Origin: a virus
Lineage: Duplodnaviria > Heunggongvirae > Uroviricota > Caudoviricetes
IMG/VR virus record: IMGVR_UViG_3300031998_000001
Location: 109,064 to 173,063 of that record
Length of the DNA: 64,000 nucleotides
Strand: one strand, 5' to 3'
Shown: piece by piece, positions 55,129 to 63,612 of the stretch
Layout: every line of letters starts with the position of its first letter
Numbering within the stretch: the stretch's first letter is position 1
Made by a program: the position numbers and the translations under genes
The notes under the pieces: generated by a model
Told to the model about the DNA's origin: nothing
What the model saw: the letters and a program-made list of their open reading frames with translations, nothing else
The model's database searches: none

Positions 55129-55418
55129 TACTCGACCTTCTCCCTTATCGAATTTACTATCCCGCTCACGAGCCACGGCACATAGACCGCACCCGTTATG
55201 CAGAGGCTCACCCAGAAGAATGTCGAGCAGTCCTCGCTGAAGTTCCAAGCGACTGCCGATGCAAGCAGAAGCGCAAGCGACAACGCCATAGGTATCCAGT
55301 TGACGAACATCACCCACCAGAGCAACTTCCCGAAGAAGCCGAGCGTCTCATACGAGTCGTAAAAATTCGCAATCTTTCCGACCTTGTTCCTATCCTTTAA
55401 CCAGTTGAATATTACCAT
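55128..55418 (-). CDS. small membrane protein (96 aa)
   Basis: Two hydrophobic helices. Confidence 0.45.
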   Translation of the reverse strand: MVIFNWLKDRNKVGKIANFYDSYETLGFFGKLLWWVMFVNWIPMALSLALLLASAVAWNFSEDCSTFFWVSLCITGAVYVPWLVSGIVNSIREKVE

Positions 55419-55430
55419 AATACTAATGTT

Positions 55431-55769
55431 TTAATATACATATACAGCCCCAGCGGTCGGGGTGTCGAACTTCACCGAGAGTGTGTTGCCGTCGATGTAC
55501 CTGACCGTGCAGCCCACCTTCTCGCCGTCCTTGTTCTCCACGAGGACATTCGGTTCTCCGCCAAGCCCGTGCCTTACAGTCCACTCCGCGCTCGGCTCTG
55601 CGAACGACTCCTCGTAGTGTCCTCCGCTTGTCGGGCATTCCGCCACCTTCTCCGCCATTATGTCGAGAGCGTCCTGATAGTTGTCCGCGACCTGCCCGTC
55701 CGAGAACACTATGTTGCAGGCGATGTCCTTTGCCGAAGCCCCGTCGCAGGGGTATATCTTCCTTGCCAT
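55431..55769 (-). CDS. hypothetical protein
   Basis: ORF. Confidence 0.45.
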   Translation of the reverse strand: MARKIYPCDGASAKDIACNIVFSDGQVADNYQDALDIMAEKVAECPTSGGHYEESFAEPSAEWTVRHGLGGEPNVLVENKDGEKVGCTVRYIDGNTLSVKFDTPTAGAVYVY

Positions 55770-55807
55770 ATTCCTATTGTGTTATATATAGATTATTTAT
55801 ATCTCGG

Positions 55808-55840
55808 CAAAAAAGGAAGGGCGGGACGGTAAGCCCGCCC
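55808..55840 (-). terminator. rho-independent terminator for gene 55875-56984
   Basis: On the minus strand: GGGCGGGCTTACCGTCCCGCCCTTCCTTTTTT. Confidence 0.6.
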
Positions 55841-55874
55841 AGCCCTTCGCGTGGGTGTATCGCACGGGGAACTC

Positions 55875-56984
55875 CTACTGGAGCATATCCCTTATCGAAT
55901 CAACCATAGACTTGTACGCGATGTCAATCGAGGAGAGAACCTTGCCAGCCTTGCGAAGCCCGTTCCTTTCCGTGAGGACTGCCGAGAGCCTCGACATCAT
56001 AGACGACATCCTGACCGAATACTCGTCAACCTTCTGGGCGACCAGTTCGGCTGGGGTGATGTCATTGCCAGAATATTCAATGGTGTAGTTGCCTCTTGTA
56101 ACACCAAACGCCAACGCGACATAGCCTACGCTAACCCACATACCATTTATGTATAAGAACATCTCGTCGGGATTGGTCGTGGTACGGCTCTTGAAGTAGC
56201 ACCTGCCGTCGTCTATCAAGCATACGGGTTCGCAGTATTCGCGAACCACCGTGTTCGGCAACGGATTTTCATTTTCCCTTTCGTATGTGCGCCACCCATA
56301 GTTCTCCGTTACATCCACAACATAGTAACTTACTCCGTCGATTACGGCTTTCTCTCCGCTGAAACCGCCCTTGAGGTGGAACTCATAGAAGTTCTGTTTG
56401 TCTCCGCTTATGGCAGTAGTCCCGTTTATCTCCACATACCTCCCGTATGTCTTCCCGCTGTTCCGTATGCGGTTGAATGTGTATTCCAACCCTGTCATAC
56501 CGCCCGCATACTCCCAGACCGTCATTATGTCCAAATGAGTGTACCCGTCCGACAGGAGTCCGTTTATATAGTCGGCGTTCAAATCGTCGCCCCTGCCCCA
56601 GAAATCATTTATGAACCATTCCGCGAAGTCGGGCGAGCCTGCTTCGATATAACTGTCATAATCAACAAGTGCCTTCTGGTAGATTTCATTGAAGTCGTCC
56701 CTTGCCGAGATGTACTCGACTATCGCTTCCGTACACTGCGTCTGGTCGCCATCGTTGCTTGGAGCGTCTGGTGTCGGTTCTTCTGGTTTCGGCGGGTCGC
56801 TCGGCTCTGATGGGTTTGACGGATTGTCATTTCCACCGTTGCCATTGTCTTCATCATACGGAGTGTTGGTGATTGTGATTGTCGGGTTATCGCCCAAAAC
56901 GGCTTCGTATTGAGCACCACCCAACGAAAGTTTTACATTGTTCGGTTTGTTGCTGTCTGGCTCTGAATAATAGTACGCATACAT
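55875..56984 (-). CDS. paralogue family E-related protein, member 3
   Basis: Large Asp/Tyr/Asn-rich protein with Pro-rich NPSEPSDPPKPEEPTPD N-terminus. The C-terminal helical segment resembles 52610 and 53631. Confidence 0.5.
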   Translation of the reverse strand: MYAYYYSEPDSNKPNNVKLSLGGAQYEAVLGDNPTITITNTPYDEDNGNGGNDNPSNPSEPSDPPKPEEPTPDAPSNDGDQTQCTEAIVEYISARDDFNEIYQKALVDYDSYIEAGSPDFAEWFINDFWGRGDDLNADYINGLLSDGYTHLDIMTVWEYAGGMTGLEYTFNRIRNSGKTYGRYVEINGTTAISGDKQNFYEFHLKGGFSGEKAVIDGVSYYVVDVTENYGWRTYERENENPLPNTVVREYCEPVCLIDDGRCYFKSRTTTNPDEMFLYINGMWVSVGYVALAFGVTRGNYTIEYSGNDITPAELVAQKVDEYSVRMSSMMSRLSAVLTERNGLRKAGKVLSSIDIAYKSMVDSIRDMLQ

Positions 56985-56990
56985 TTTATA

Positions 56991-57051
56991 TTTTTTCTGA
57001 AATCATTATTTATTAACTATATATTAGTGTTGAACACAAAACAAACTTACG
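56991..57051 (+). promoter_or_regulatory. conserved promoter/5'-UTR cassette, copy k
   Basis: TTTTTTCTGAAATCATTATTTATTAACTATATATTAGTGTTGAACACAAAACAAACTTACG, then ATG. Confidence 0.6.
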
Positions 57052-57726
57052 ATGAAAAGATTTATTATTATTGACGGACAGAACTATATGCAGAAGTTTG
57101 CAATATCAAAGGCACTGGCGATAGCAACGGCGATATTCGTCGTCCTTGTTGTCGCATCGGCTACTGGGGGAGTGGCGTTCGCGCTCCGCAAGGCGGAACA
57201 GGCACGCTACGAGAGGGCGATGGACGAACTCGACAGCCTGCGGGCGCAGAATGCGGAACTCGCGGGTGCGCTTTCAGCCTTCGAGGACTTGGAGAGGGAC
57301 TACAGCATAAACTCCCTCATTGGTGAACTCACCCTCCTGCACAGCACTGAAGTCCCGCAGAGGGACACCCTCGTAGCCTTCACAAAGTCGATAGGCTTGT
57401 GGTATCCCGACATCACCCTCGCCCAGTTCCGACAGGAGACGGGTATGGGCACGAACCCGCAGTCGATATACGGCAAGTCCAACAACCTTATGAATATGAA
57501 GCGGGTGTCGAAGCGTCCGACCACGCAGTGCGGGGAGTACAACGGCTACGGCACATACCACAACTGGAAACTCGCGGTCATTGATATGTACCTGTGGGAA
57601 CGCTTCGTGTTCGGCGGAGTGAAGCCGACAAAGGAGCAATACTTCGAGAAGTTGAAAGGCTTTGCGGAGGACGGGGAGTATATAAATAGGATTACAGTGT
57701 TTTCAAAGCAATATACCGATGAGTAA
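57052..57726 (+). CDS. peptidoglycan hydrolase, glucosaminidase/FlgJ-type muramidase domain with N-terminal signal-anchor
   Basis: TM helix AIATAIFVVLVVA. LAQFRQETGMGTNPQSIYGKSNNLMNMK matches the AQAxLESGWGxS...NNLFGIK glucosaminidase signature. Confidence 0.65.
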   Translation: MKRFIIIDGQNYMQKFAISKALAIATAIFVVLVVASATGGVAFALRKAEQARYERAMDELDSLRAQNAELAGALSAFEDLERDYSINSLIGELTLLHSTEVPQRDTLVAFTKSIGLWYPDITLAQFRQETGMGTNPQSIYGKSNNLMNMKRVSKRPTTQCGEYNGYGTYHNWKLAVIDMYLWERFVFGGVKPTKEQYFEKLKGFAEDGEYINRITVFSKQYTDE

Positions 57727-58414
57727 CATAATATCAAGCAACGAGCATATCCTCTTCAAGTATGTGCTCGAAAAGCCAGAATACTACGGGTACATAAAGA
57801 GGGGCTTCTTCAAGAGCAAGGAACTGGACGAACTTATGGGGCTTGCCGAAAGGCACTACGAAACCTACAAGAGCATACCGAGTTCGGCGCAGATGTGTGC
57901 GCTTGTCACGGAGAGCGAGTCGGACATACCCAGAGATGTGATAACCACGATATACTCGATTGACACGAGGGAGTATGACGGGGAGTGGATGGAGCGCACC
58001 GTTCAGGCGTGGATTCGGTGGAGGCAGTTGCAGACAGACCTCGTGAAGTCGGTGGAGATTTCAAAACTCGCGGAGGTCAACTTCGAGAATGTGGAGAGCG
58101 TCATAAACGACATAACGGGGCGCATAGCGACGGTCAACACGATAACATTCGACGAGGACGACGGGCTTGACTTCTTCGATGCGACCTCGCACAACCAGTT
58201 GCAGACCGAGAAGGTCAAGAGCGGATACTCGTATGTTGACCAGTGCCTCGGCGGTGGCTATGACAAGAAGGAACTCATATTCTATATGGGGCAGTCCAAC
58301 ATCGGAAAGTGCGTCTGCGGGGATATGAAGGTCACGGTGAGGAACAAGCGCACTGGCGAGGTCAGGACTATGCCGATAAGGGAGTTCTACGAAACGGTGT
58401 CGGCTGGAAGATAG
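57719..58414 (+). CDS. DnaB/gp4-like replicative helicase N-terminal fragment ending in a 34-aa intein N-fragment
   Basis: Helicase N-domain plus P-loop ELIFYMGQSNIGK, then CVCGDMKVTVRNKRTGEVRTMPIREFYETVSAGR, then stop. No continuation in any frame. Confidence 0.6.
   Translation: MSNIISSNEHILFKYVLEKPEYYGYIKRGFFKSKELDELMGLAERHYETYKSIPSSAQMCALVTESESDIPRDVITTIYSIDTREYDGEWMERTVQAWIRWRQLQTDLVKSVEISKLAEVNFENVESVINDITGRIATVNTITFDEDDGLDFFDATSHNQLQTEKVKSGYSYVDQCLGGGYDKKELIFYMGQSNIGKCVCGDMKVTVRNKRTGEVRTMPIREFYETVSAGR
58310..58411 (+). other. intein N-terminal fragment (candidate atypically split intein IntN)
   Basis: Cys after the Walker A lysine. Block A CVCGDMKV. The two beta strands GEVRTMPIREFY resemble the IntN of DnaB inteins (CISGDSLISLASTGKRVSIKDLL). 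Confidence 0.55.
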
Positions 58415-58638
58415 CGGGAAAGGGAAGCGTTATGAAGGTCGAGAGGATAACGGGCGGTATGATATTCGTAGGCAGGAAGAGATATGCCGAAGTCTCCGTC
58501 TCCCTGCGGGACACATCCGCAGTGCGCCTGCTTCCGAGCATAGAGGTCTGTCGCGGGCGTATCGTGCTCGCATTCGCCTGCTTCTGGCTCGCAATCGCTT
58601 TCGGCAGGAGGTATGATGCCCGAAAAAAATCCAGAAAA

Positions 58639-58698
58639 ATCTGAAATGTTCGGCAGACCACTATATATTAGTAATGTATTGGGAATAAAAACTAAAAT
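58639..58698 (+). promoter_or_regulatory. promoter cassette variant, copy l
   Basis: ATCTGAAATGTTCGGCAGACCACTATATATTAGTAATGTATTGGGAATAAAAACTAAAAT, then ATG. Confidence 0.5.
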
Positions 58699-58974
58699 AT
58701 GGCAACACTATACAAGACGGACGGGACGAAGGTTGAAGTAAGCCCCGTGAACGGAAAGGACTTCAAGTACGACGAGTTGAAGAATTTTGTCGGGGGCTAC
58801 ATCGAGATAGTCAACCTCGGCAAGAAGAAGGTGATGGTCGTGAACGAGGAGGGCAAACTTATGGGGCTTCCCGCCAACAACGAGGCGACAAGGATAATGG
58901 CTGAAATGCTCCCTATGGTACGCGACTATATTGTGGGCAACGCCCTCGTGTGCAAGACAAGTGAAATCAAATAG
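58699..58974 (+). CDS. hypothetical protein
   Basis: ORF after the cassette. Confidence 0.45.
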   Translation: MATLYKTDGTKVEVSPVNGKDFKYDELKNFVGGYIEIVNLGKKKVMVVNEEGKLMGLPANNEATRIMAEMLPMVRDYIVGNALVCKTSEIK

Positions 58975-58983
58975 GCTGGGGAT

Positions 58984-59613
58984 ATGAAAGGAACTATGCT
59001 TGACACTGGCTATCTTGGGACTTGGCTTGAGCACAAGTACCCCTGCACTATATTGCGCGACAGGTACTCTGGGACATATTCGGGCGGACTGTTCGTGGCG
59101 TTCCCGCTTTCCCCGAACGACATCCCTGCGGATGCCGACGGAAGCGATGCGGACTGCGCATCGTTCTACGGTCGGGAAGACATAATCTTCGGCAAGGGCG
59201 ACTCGCCAGACGGCGCATACTGGAATATGGTGGACAATGTTCGGAAAAGATATGTCGAACTCTCGAAGTCGGAAGAAAGCGAAAGGAACGGGACGAAACT
59301 CCTCACGATAAGGAAGCGTCCAGACTTCGTTGATTTTAACTTCAGCCCAGAGCACTCGTACACGATAGCGATGAATGTGTACCGCGACGGGGCGGAGATG
59401 GAGGTCGAGATATACCAAGAGCCTCTCGGTGATGTGAAATGGTGCGCGGGGGATACGCTCAATCGCCCGCTGGTATGTTCAGAGCCTGTTCTGGAACGCC
59501 TGAAACGGACATTCGGAAGCGTGTTCACTGGTTGCAGGCTTGCAACGGAGAATGGCGGGGAATATGTGCTGAAGTATGACAATGCGTTCCGCAAGGAGAA
59601 ACAGAACTATTAA
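58984..59613 (+). CDS. hypothetical protein
   Basis: ORF. Confidence 0.5.
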   Translation: MKGTMLDTGYLGTWLEHKYPCTILRDRYSGTYSGGLFVAFPLSPNDIPADADGSDADCASFYGREDIIFGKGDSPDGAYWNMVDNVRKRYVELSKSEESERNGTKLLTIRKRPDFVDFNFSPEHSYTIAMNVYRDGAEMEVEIYQEPLGDVKWCAGDTLNRPLVCSEPVLERLKRTFGSVFTGCRLATENGGEYVLKYDNAFRKEKQNY

Positions 59614-59630
59614 CAAAAAAGATACGGATT

Positions 59631-59888
59631 ATGGTAAAGCAGGGTGACAAGATACACTTCCGCGCATATCTCGCAAAGGACGACAACGGGTATGCGAAGG
59701 GCGACCTGACATTGTTCGGAAATCCGAAGCCGATACATATGGGCGAGGGCAAGGTGTGGTCTAACGGAGGGAACGGGCTTGTAGTCAACCGACTCGACGA
59801 TGTGTATATAACGGGTGTCGATTCGAGGAAACTCTACCGCGTGAATGTGGAAGTGACAATAGAGGAGGAGATGGAGTATGACAGGTAG
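59631..59888 (+). CDS. hypothetical protein
   Basis: ORF. Confidence 0.4.
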   Translation: MVKQGDKIHFRAYLAKDDNGYAKGDLTLFGNPKPIHMGEGKVWSNGGNGLVVNRLDDVYITGVDSRKLYRVNVEVTIEEEMEYDR

Positions 59889-60249
59889 CATCAATCCAGC
59901 GGAGAACTGGTACTTCGAGGACATAGTGAACAATGTAAATGCGCTCATACTGCGCGATATGTACTATAACGGTTGCTGGCACTCTGGCAATATGTCGGAG
60001 TGGAGGAAGTGGCGCAGGTACAAGCACTGGGAGAGAAAGGCTGAACGCTATCAGGAGAAACTCCGCCTGCCCAACACGATAGTACGCGGGCACGGGGACT
60101 TCCAGAACTACTTTGAGGAATATTCGTGGAAACCGTGCGACTGGTTGGACGACATAAGGCTCTTCGTAAGCCGATGCCTGTTCCGCTACGCCAAGCACCT
60201 CGAAGGCAATCTGAAGAACTTTAACGAATTTAAACAAAATAATTTTTAG
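59878..60249 (+). CDS. hypothetical protein
   Basis: ORF. Confidence 0.45.
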   Translation: MTGSINPAENWYFEDIVNNVNALILRDMYYNGCWHSGNMSEWRKWRRYKHWERKAERYQEKLRLPNTIVRGHGDFQNYFEEYSWKPCDWLDDIRLFVSRCLFRYAKHLEGNLKNFNEFKQNNF

Positions 60250-60250
60250 T

Positions 60251-61366
60251 ATGTGTAATTATATCGTAAGAAGTGCCGTCGTCGAGAACTCCGACGGCAA
60301 TGTGATTGGCGGGACGATAGAGCCTATGGGCGAGGTTTCCGTTGAAGAGGGAACAAAGAAAGTGTTTAACATCAAGGTGTCGAATCCGGGTGCGTATATG
60401 GTCGAGAAGGTCATAGTGGACGGTGTGATTGACAAGACAAAGGAGGCTATAGAAACAAACTCCGTTGAGTTGTTCGGAGATGCAGACCACACCATAAGCG
60501 TTTCTTTCAAGGAAAGGCAGAGCGTAGAGGTCATCACCCCAGAACTTGCAAAGATGTACCTTTCCAATATGGTGTCAAACCGCAAGCCGAACCAGAACAG
60601 GATACACGCATACGCAAAGATTATGGCAAGCGGAAAGTGGCGTGCGAACGATGAGAGCATAAAGTTCAACACCGACGGGCAGTTGTGTGATGGTCAGCAC
60701 AGGCTTCTTGCGGCGATAGTTGCCAATACAAGTGTCCCTATGTCTGTGATAAGGGGTTGCAACAAGTTAGATATGAAGACATACGACACTGGCAAGCCAA
60801 AGAGTGCAAGGGATGCGCTTTACGCAAACGGTGGGAACGGTGATTGTGCGACTGGCATAGTGTCGTATCTCGGCATTTCCACAGGTTATTCCGTAGATAA
60901 TACCAACCCAGTATCCATAAGGGTTTCAAATGAAACAATCTGCGATGTGTACAATTCGGACAGCGAATATTGGAATGACTTGTGCAAGTTTGCGAAGAAG
61001 TTAAGGAATCCAGACCAGCACGGGTCAATGATGATGCCCGACAAGAACCGTATGATAGGCGTGATAGCGTTCCTTGAAAGGACAAGGAAATACGAAAGCG
61101 ACTTCGTAAGGTGGTTCTTTGAGTCACTTGCCGATTTCAGGGACAGCAGCAACAAGGCAATCTCGGTGTTAAGGGAAAATATACGCAAGGAGTTCGAGAG
61201 GGGTGTGAAAAAGACCAATATTGAACGCTGGGCGGACATACTGTATGTGCTCAACAAGGTATATAGCGGGGTGAATAGGATAGCGGCTTCATCATTGCCC
61301 GTTGAAGAACCCACAGAGGTAAAGAGCATCAGAAAACCAAGCGTGTGCAAATGGCAAAGACAGTAA
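60251..61366 (+). CDS. ParB-like nuclease domain protein (DGQHR motif)
   Basis: IHAYAKIMASGKW...IKFNTDGQLCDGQHRLLAAI is ParB-N/DUF262-like. Confidence 0.5.
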   Translation: MCNYIVRSAVVENSDGNVIGGTIEPMGEVSVEEGTKKVFNIKVSNPGAYMVEKVIVDGVIDKTKEAIETNSVELFGDADHTISVSFKERQSVEVITPELAKMYLSNMVSNRKPNQNRIHAYAKIMASGKWRANDESIKFNTDGQLCDGQHRLLAAIVANTSVPMSVIRGCNKLDMKTYDTGKPKSARDALYANGGNGDCATGIVSYLGISTGYSVDNTNPVSIRVSNETICDVYNSDSEYWNDLCKFAKKLRNPDQHGSMMMPDKNRMIGVIAFLERTRKYESDFVRWFFESLADFRDSSNKAISVLRENIRKEFERGVKKTNIERWADILYVLNKVYSGVNRIAASSLPVEEPTEVKSIRKPSVCKWQRQ

Positions 61367-61611
61367 TTTTCATAATGACCGTCATAGTGGCTGTGGTGCT
61401 TATTACCGCAGTCACGCTTGTCGCGTCATACTTCGAGTACAAGGGCTGGAACGGTGGCGTGTGCCCGAAGTGCGGGAAGCCGTTGAGATACTTCGACACC
61501 GACTCGCAGGGAGGCGAGGGCTGGACTTGCGACGGGTGCGACTACACGGCTTGGGTTTCATATCACACGATGGTCTATCGTTTCTGGAACAGGAGAAAAA
61601 GAGCAAAGTAA
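61345..61611 (+). CDS. small membrane-anchored zinc-ribbon protein
   Basis: TM helix VIFIMTVIVAVVLITAVTLVA, then CPKCG...CDGC. Confidence 0.45.
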   Translation: MQMAKTVIFIMTVIVAVVLITAVTLVASYFEYKGWNGGVCPKCGKPLRYFDTDSQGGEGWTCDGCDYTAWVSYHTMVYRFWNRRKRAK

Positions 61612-61628
61612 CTTAATTAAAAATACAA

Positions 61629-62165
61629 ATGAAAAAACCAACATTCAAGATTATCAACAAGAGCAAGGAGGGTGCTACGGTCATTTCGCACGGACAGAAG
61701 GTCGTGATACCGTGGGACGAGTTCAACAGGCTTTACATTATGGCGGAGGACAAGGTGCATTGCACCCTGACGGACGAGGAGTTCGAGAAGTGGAAGAAGG
61801 CGGACGACATACTTTCGGCAATAGTCGTGGAGATGTTCGCGAGCAACGGGAACGATGCGGTATTGAAACTCTCGGCACTCTCGAAATTGCCAGCACTCGT
61901 GTCGAAACTTGCGGAGACAATGGGCATATCGGAAGGCGATGCGCTTGAACTTGCCCGCACCAGATACCAGTCGGCAAAGAACATATTTGCTGGGGACGGG
62001 GGGAAGCGTTCGTACAGGTCGAGCGTAAAGCCTTCGGGCGACAGGAAGCAAAAGCCGAGGTCGGAAAGCGTAACTTCGCACAGCGGGGAATGTCTTGGCG
62101 ACAACCCCCTGCTCCAGCAGTTGAAGAAAGAGATGCAGGCGACGGATAACAAGCAACCGAAATAA
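61629..62165 (+). CDS. hypothetical protein
   Basis: ORF. Confidence 0.5.
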   Translation: MKKPTFKIINKSKEGATVISHGQKVVIPWDEFNRLYIMAEDKVHCTLTDEEFEKWKKADDILSAIVVEMFASNGNDAVLKLSALSKLPALVSKLAETMGISEGDALELARTRYQSAKNIFAGDGGKRSYRSSVKPSGDRKQKPRSESVTSHSGECLGDNPLLQQLKKEMQATDNKQPK

Positions 62166-62176
62166 ATGCGCGAGTT

Positions 62177-62548
62177 ATGAAACCAGATGAAGCACAGGTG
62201 AATCCGTACATACGGAAGGACGAACTCGAAAGGGGCAAGATTGCGGAGATTATCGAAAGCAACGGCTTGGGCGGTGTCCCGCAGGACATCCGCGAGCGTG
62301 TGTTCAATGCGTGCCGAGAGGTCTTGAAGTGGAAGAACGAGCAGGTGCAAGGCTTCCTGTTCTCCGACACTATATACACCGCACCGACGGGGATGCTCGA
62401 AGGGCTGGGCGCACTGAACGACAAGGTGAACTCGCGGTGGATAGACTACCAAGCGGGCATCATAAAGGACTACAACGACTGCGACGGGCACATAATGGCG
62501 GTCAGGCGTGCGAACGCAACCATTTCTACGGACGGGAAATTCTTTTAG
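62177..62548 (+). CDS. hypothetical protein
   Basis: ORF. Confidence 0.45.
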   Translation: MKPDEAQVNPYIRKDELERGKIAEIIESNGLGGVPQDIRERVFNACREVLKWKNEQVQGFLFSDTIYTAPTGMLEGLGALNDKVNSRWIDYQAGIIKDYNDCDGHIMAVRRANATISTDGKFF

Positions 62549-62723
62549 CGATGCTCGAATGCAAGTGGTGCATATATTTTCAGCCAGCCGACCAGTACAA
62601 CTGGAACGGAAGGTGCGGTCTGCTCGGCAGGGAGAGGGAGGTCAACCCAAGCGGTGAGGCGTGCGCCTCGTTTGCAAATGCGATAGGTGGCTTCCCGTTT
62701 ACAAGCGGGATAGGAGGAAGCGT

Positions 62724-63194
62724 ATGATATATCTCTATGACTTGGACGGAAAGGCGGATGCGTACACTGCGGAGAGCGTGCCCATTGTGCTTATGTACGA
62801 TGTGATAGCCTATGTCGCGAGCGGAGGTCGGATAGACTTTCAGGAGGCGGAGTTTCCGAGCAGGGATGTGTACGCAAGACCGATTGGCGGGGAATACCAC
62901 TCCGACTACAAGCCGTATCACTTCGGTGCGTACATCGCCTGCCCCGACATCGGATATGCGGAGGAATGGGCGAGAAGGCACGAGTGGAAGGACGAGAAGG
63001 GCAGGACATTCGTTGACCTTATGTTCGAGGGACTGCTCGGCATAGCGCAATGCGTACCCGTGATGCCAGCGTTGCTCTACGGGCAGAGGATAATAACGAA
63101 GATAAATCCCAACAAGGACTATCACTTCTACGCGGACAGCCCGTTGGAAAGAAACCGAGTGGTCGGCAGAATAACCGATATTATTAACAGGTGA
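62724..63194 (+). CDS. hypothetical protein
   Basis: ATG after an AGGAGG RBS, in-frame with track ORF 62661. Confidence 0.45.
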   Translation: MIYLYDLDGKADAYTAESVPIVLMYDVIAYVASGGRIDFQEAEFPSRDVYARPIGGEYHSDYKPYHFGAYIACPDIGYAEEWARRHEWKDEKGRTFVDLMFEGLLGIAQCVPVMPALLYGQRIITKINPNKDYHFYADSPLERNRVVGRITDIINR

Positions 63195-63589
63195 AAGATA
63201 TGGAAGATAAATTCTTATTAAGGCATAGACTTAATGATGTTGCGACAATTTCACGCCCGACGGATAACATACCAAGAAACGCAAGGTTAATCGTATATGG
63301 TGAGAATGATGAGCAAGGTATGGAAACGCCTCATTTTCACATTCAAATAGTTGATGGTGACATTGAACTGGAGGTCAAGTTTGAGCACATCAAGGATATG
63401 GACATCTGGAGAACCAAGAACGATTATCCGAAAAACTGGAACGGCATCGCCGATGTCAGGGATAGAATCAAAGAATGGCTCGACGAAGCACCAAAGAAAA
63501 ATTTTGGAGTTAGCAACCTAAATAGAATGATAATGGCGTGGAATGATGGAAACCCCACAAATGAAATCGATGAACATTTTACTGAATAA
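63191..63589 (+). CDS. hypothetical protein (DUF4160-like HFHI motif)
   Basis: ETPHFHIQIVDGDIELEVKF. Confidence 0.45.
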   Translation: MKDMEDKFLLRHRLNDVATISRPTDNIPRNARLIVYGENDEQGMETPHFHIQIVDGDIELEVKFEHIKDMDIWRTKNDYPKNWNGIADVRDRIKEWLDEAPKKNFGVSNLNRMIMAWNDGNPTNEIDEHFTE

Positions 63590-63612
63590 TTTACGAAACT
63601 AAAATTATTGCA

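Noticed and set aside
58415-58644. Frameshifted continuation of the helicase/intein (track ORF 58309-58644)
   Set aside because: The alternative-frame peptide (MKVERITGGMIFVGRKRYAEV...) has no intein block B (TxxH) or helicase motifs and ends after 70 aa. None of the three frames carries a RecA-like helicase core before the next promoter cassette.
62551-62727. 58-aa Cys-containing ORF MLECKWCIYFQ...
   Set aside because: It is below the size cutoff, overlaps the start region of the next gene, and has no RBS or promoter support. It is left unannotated.
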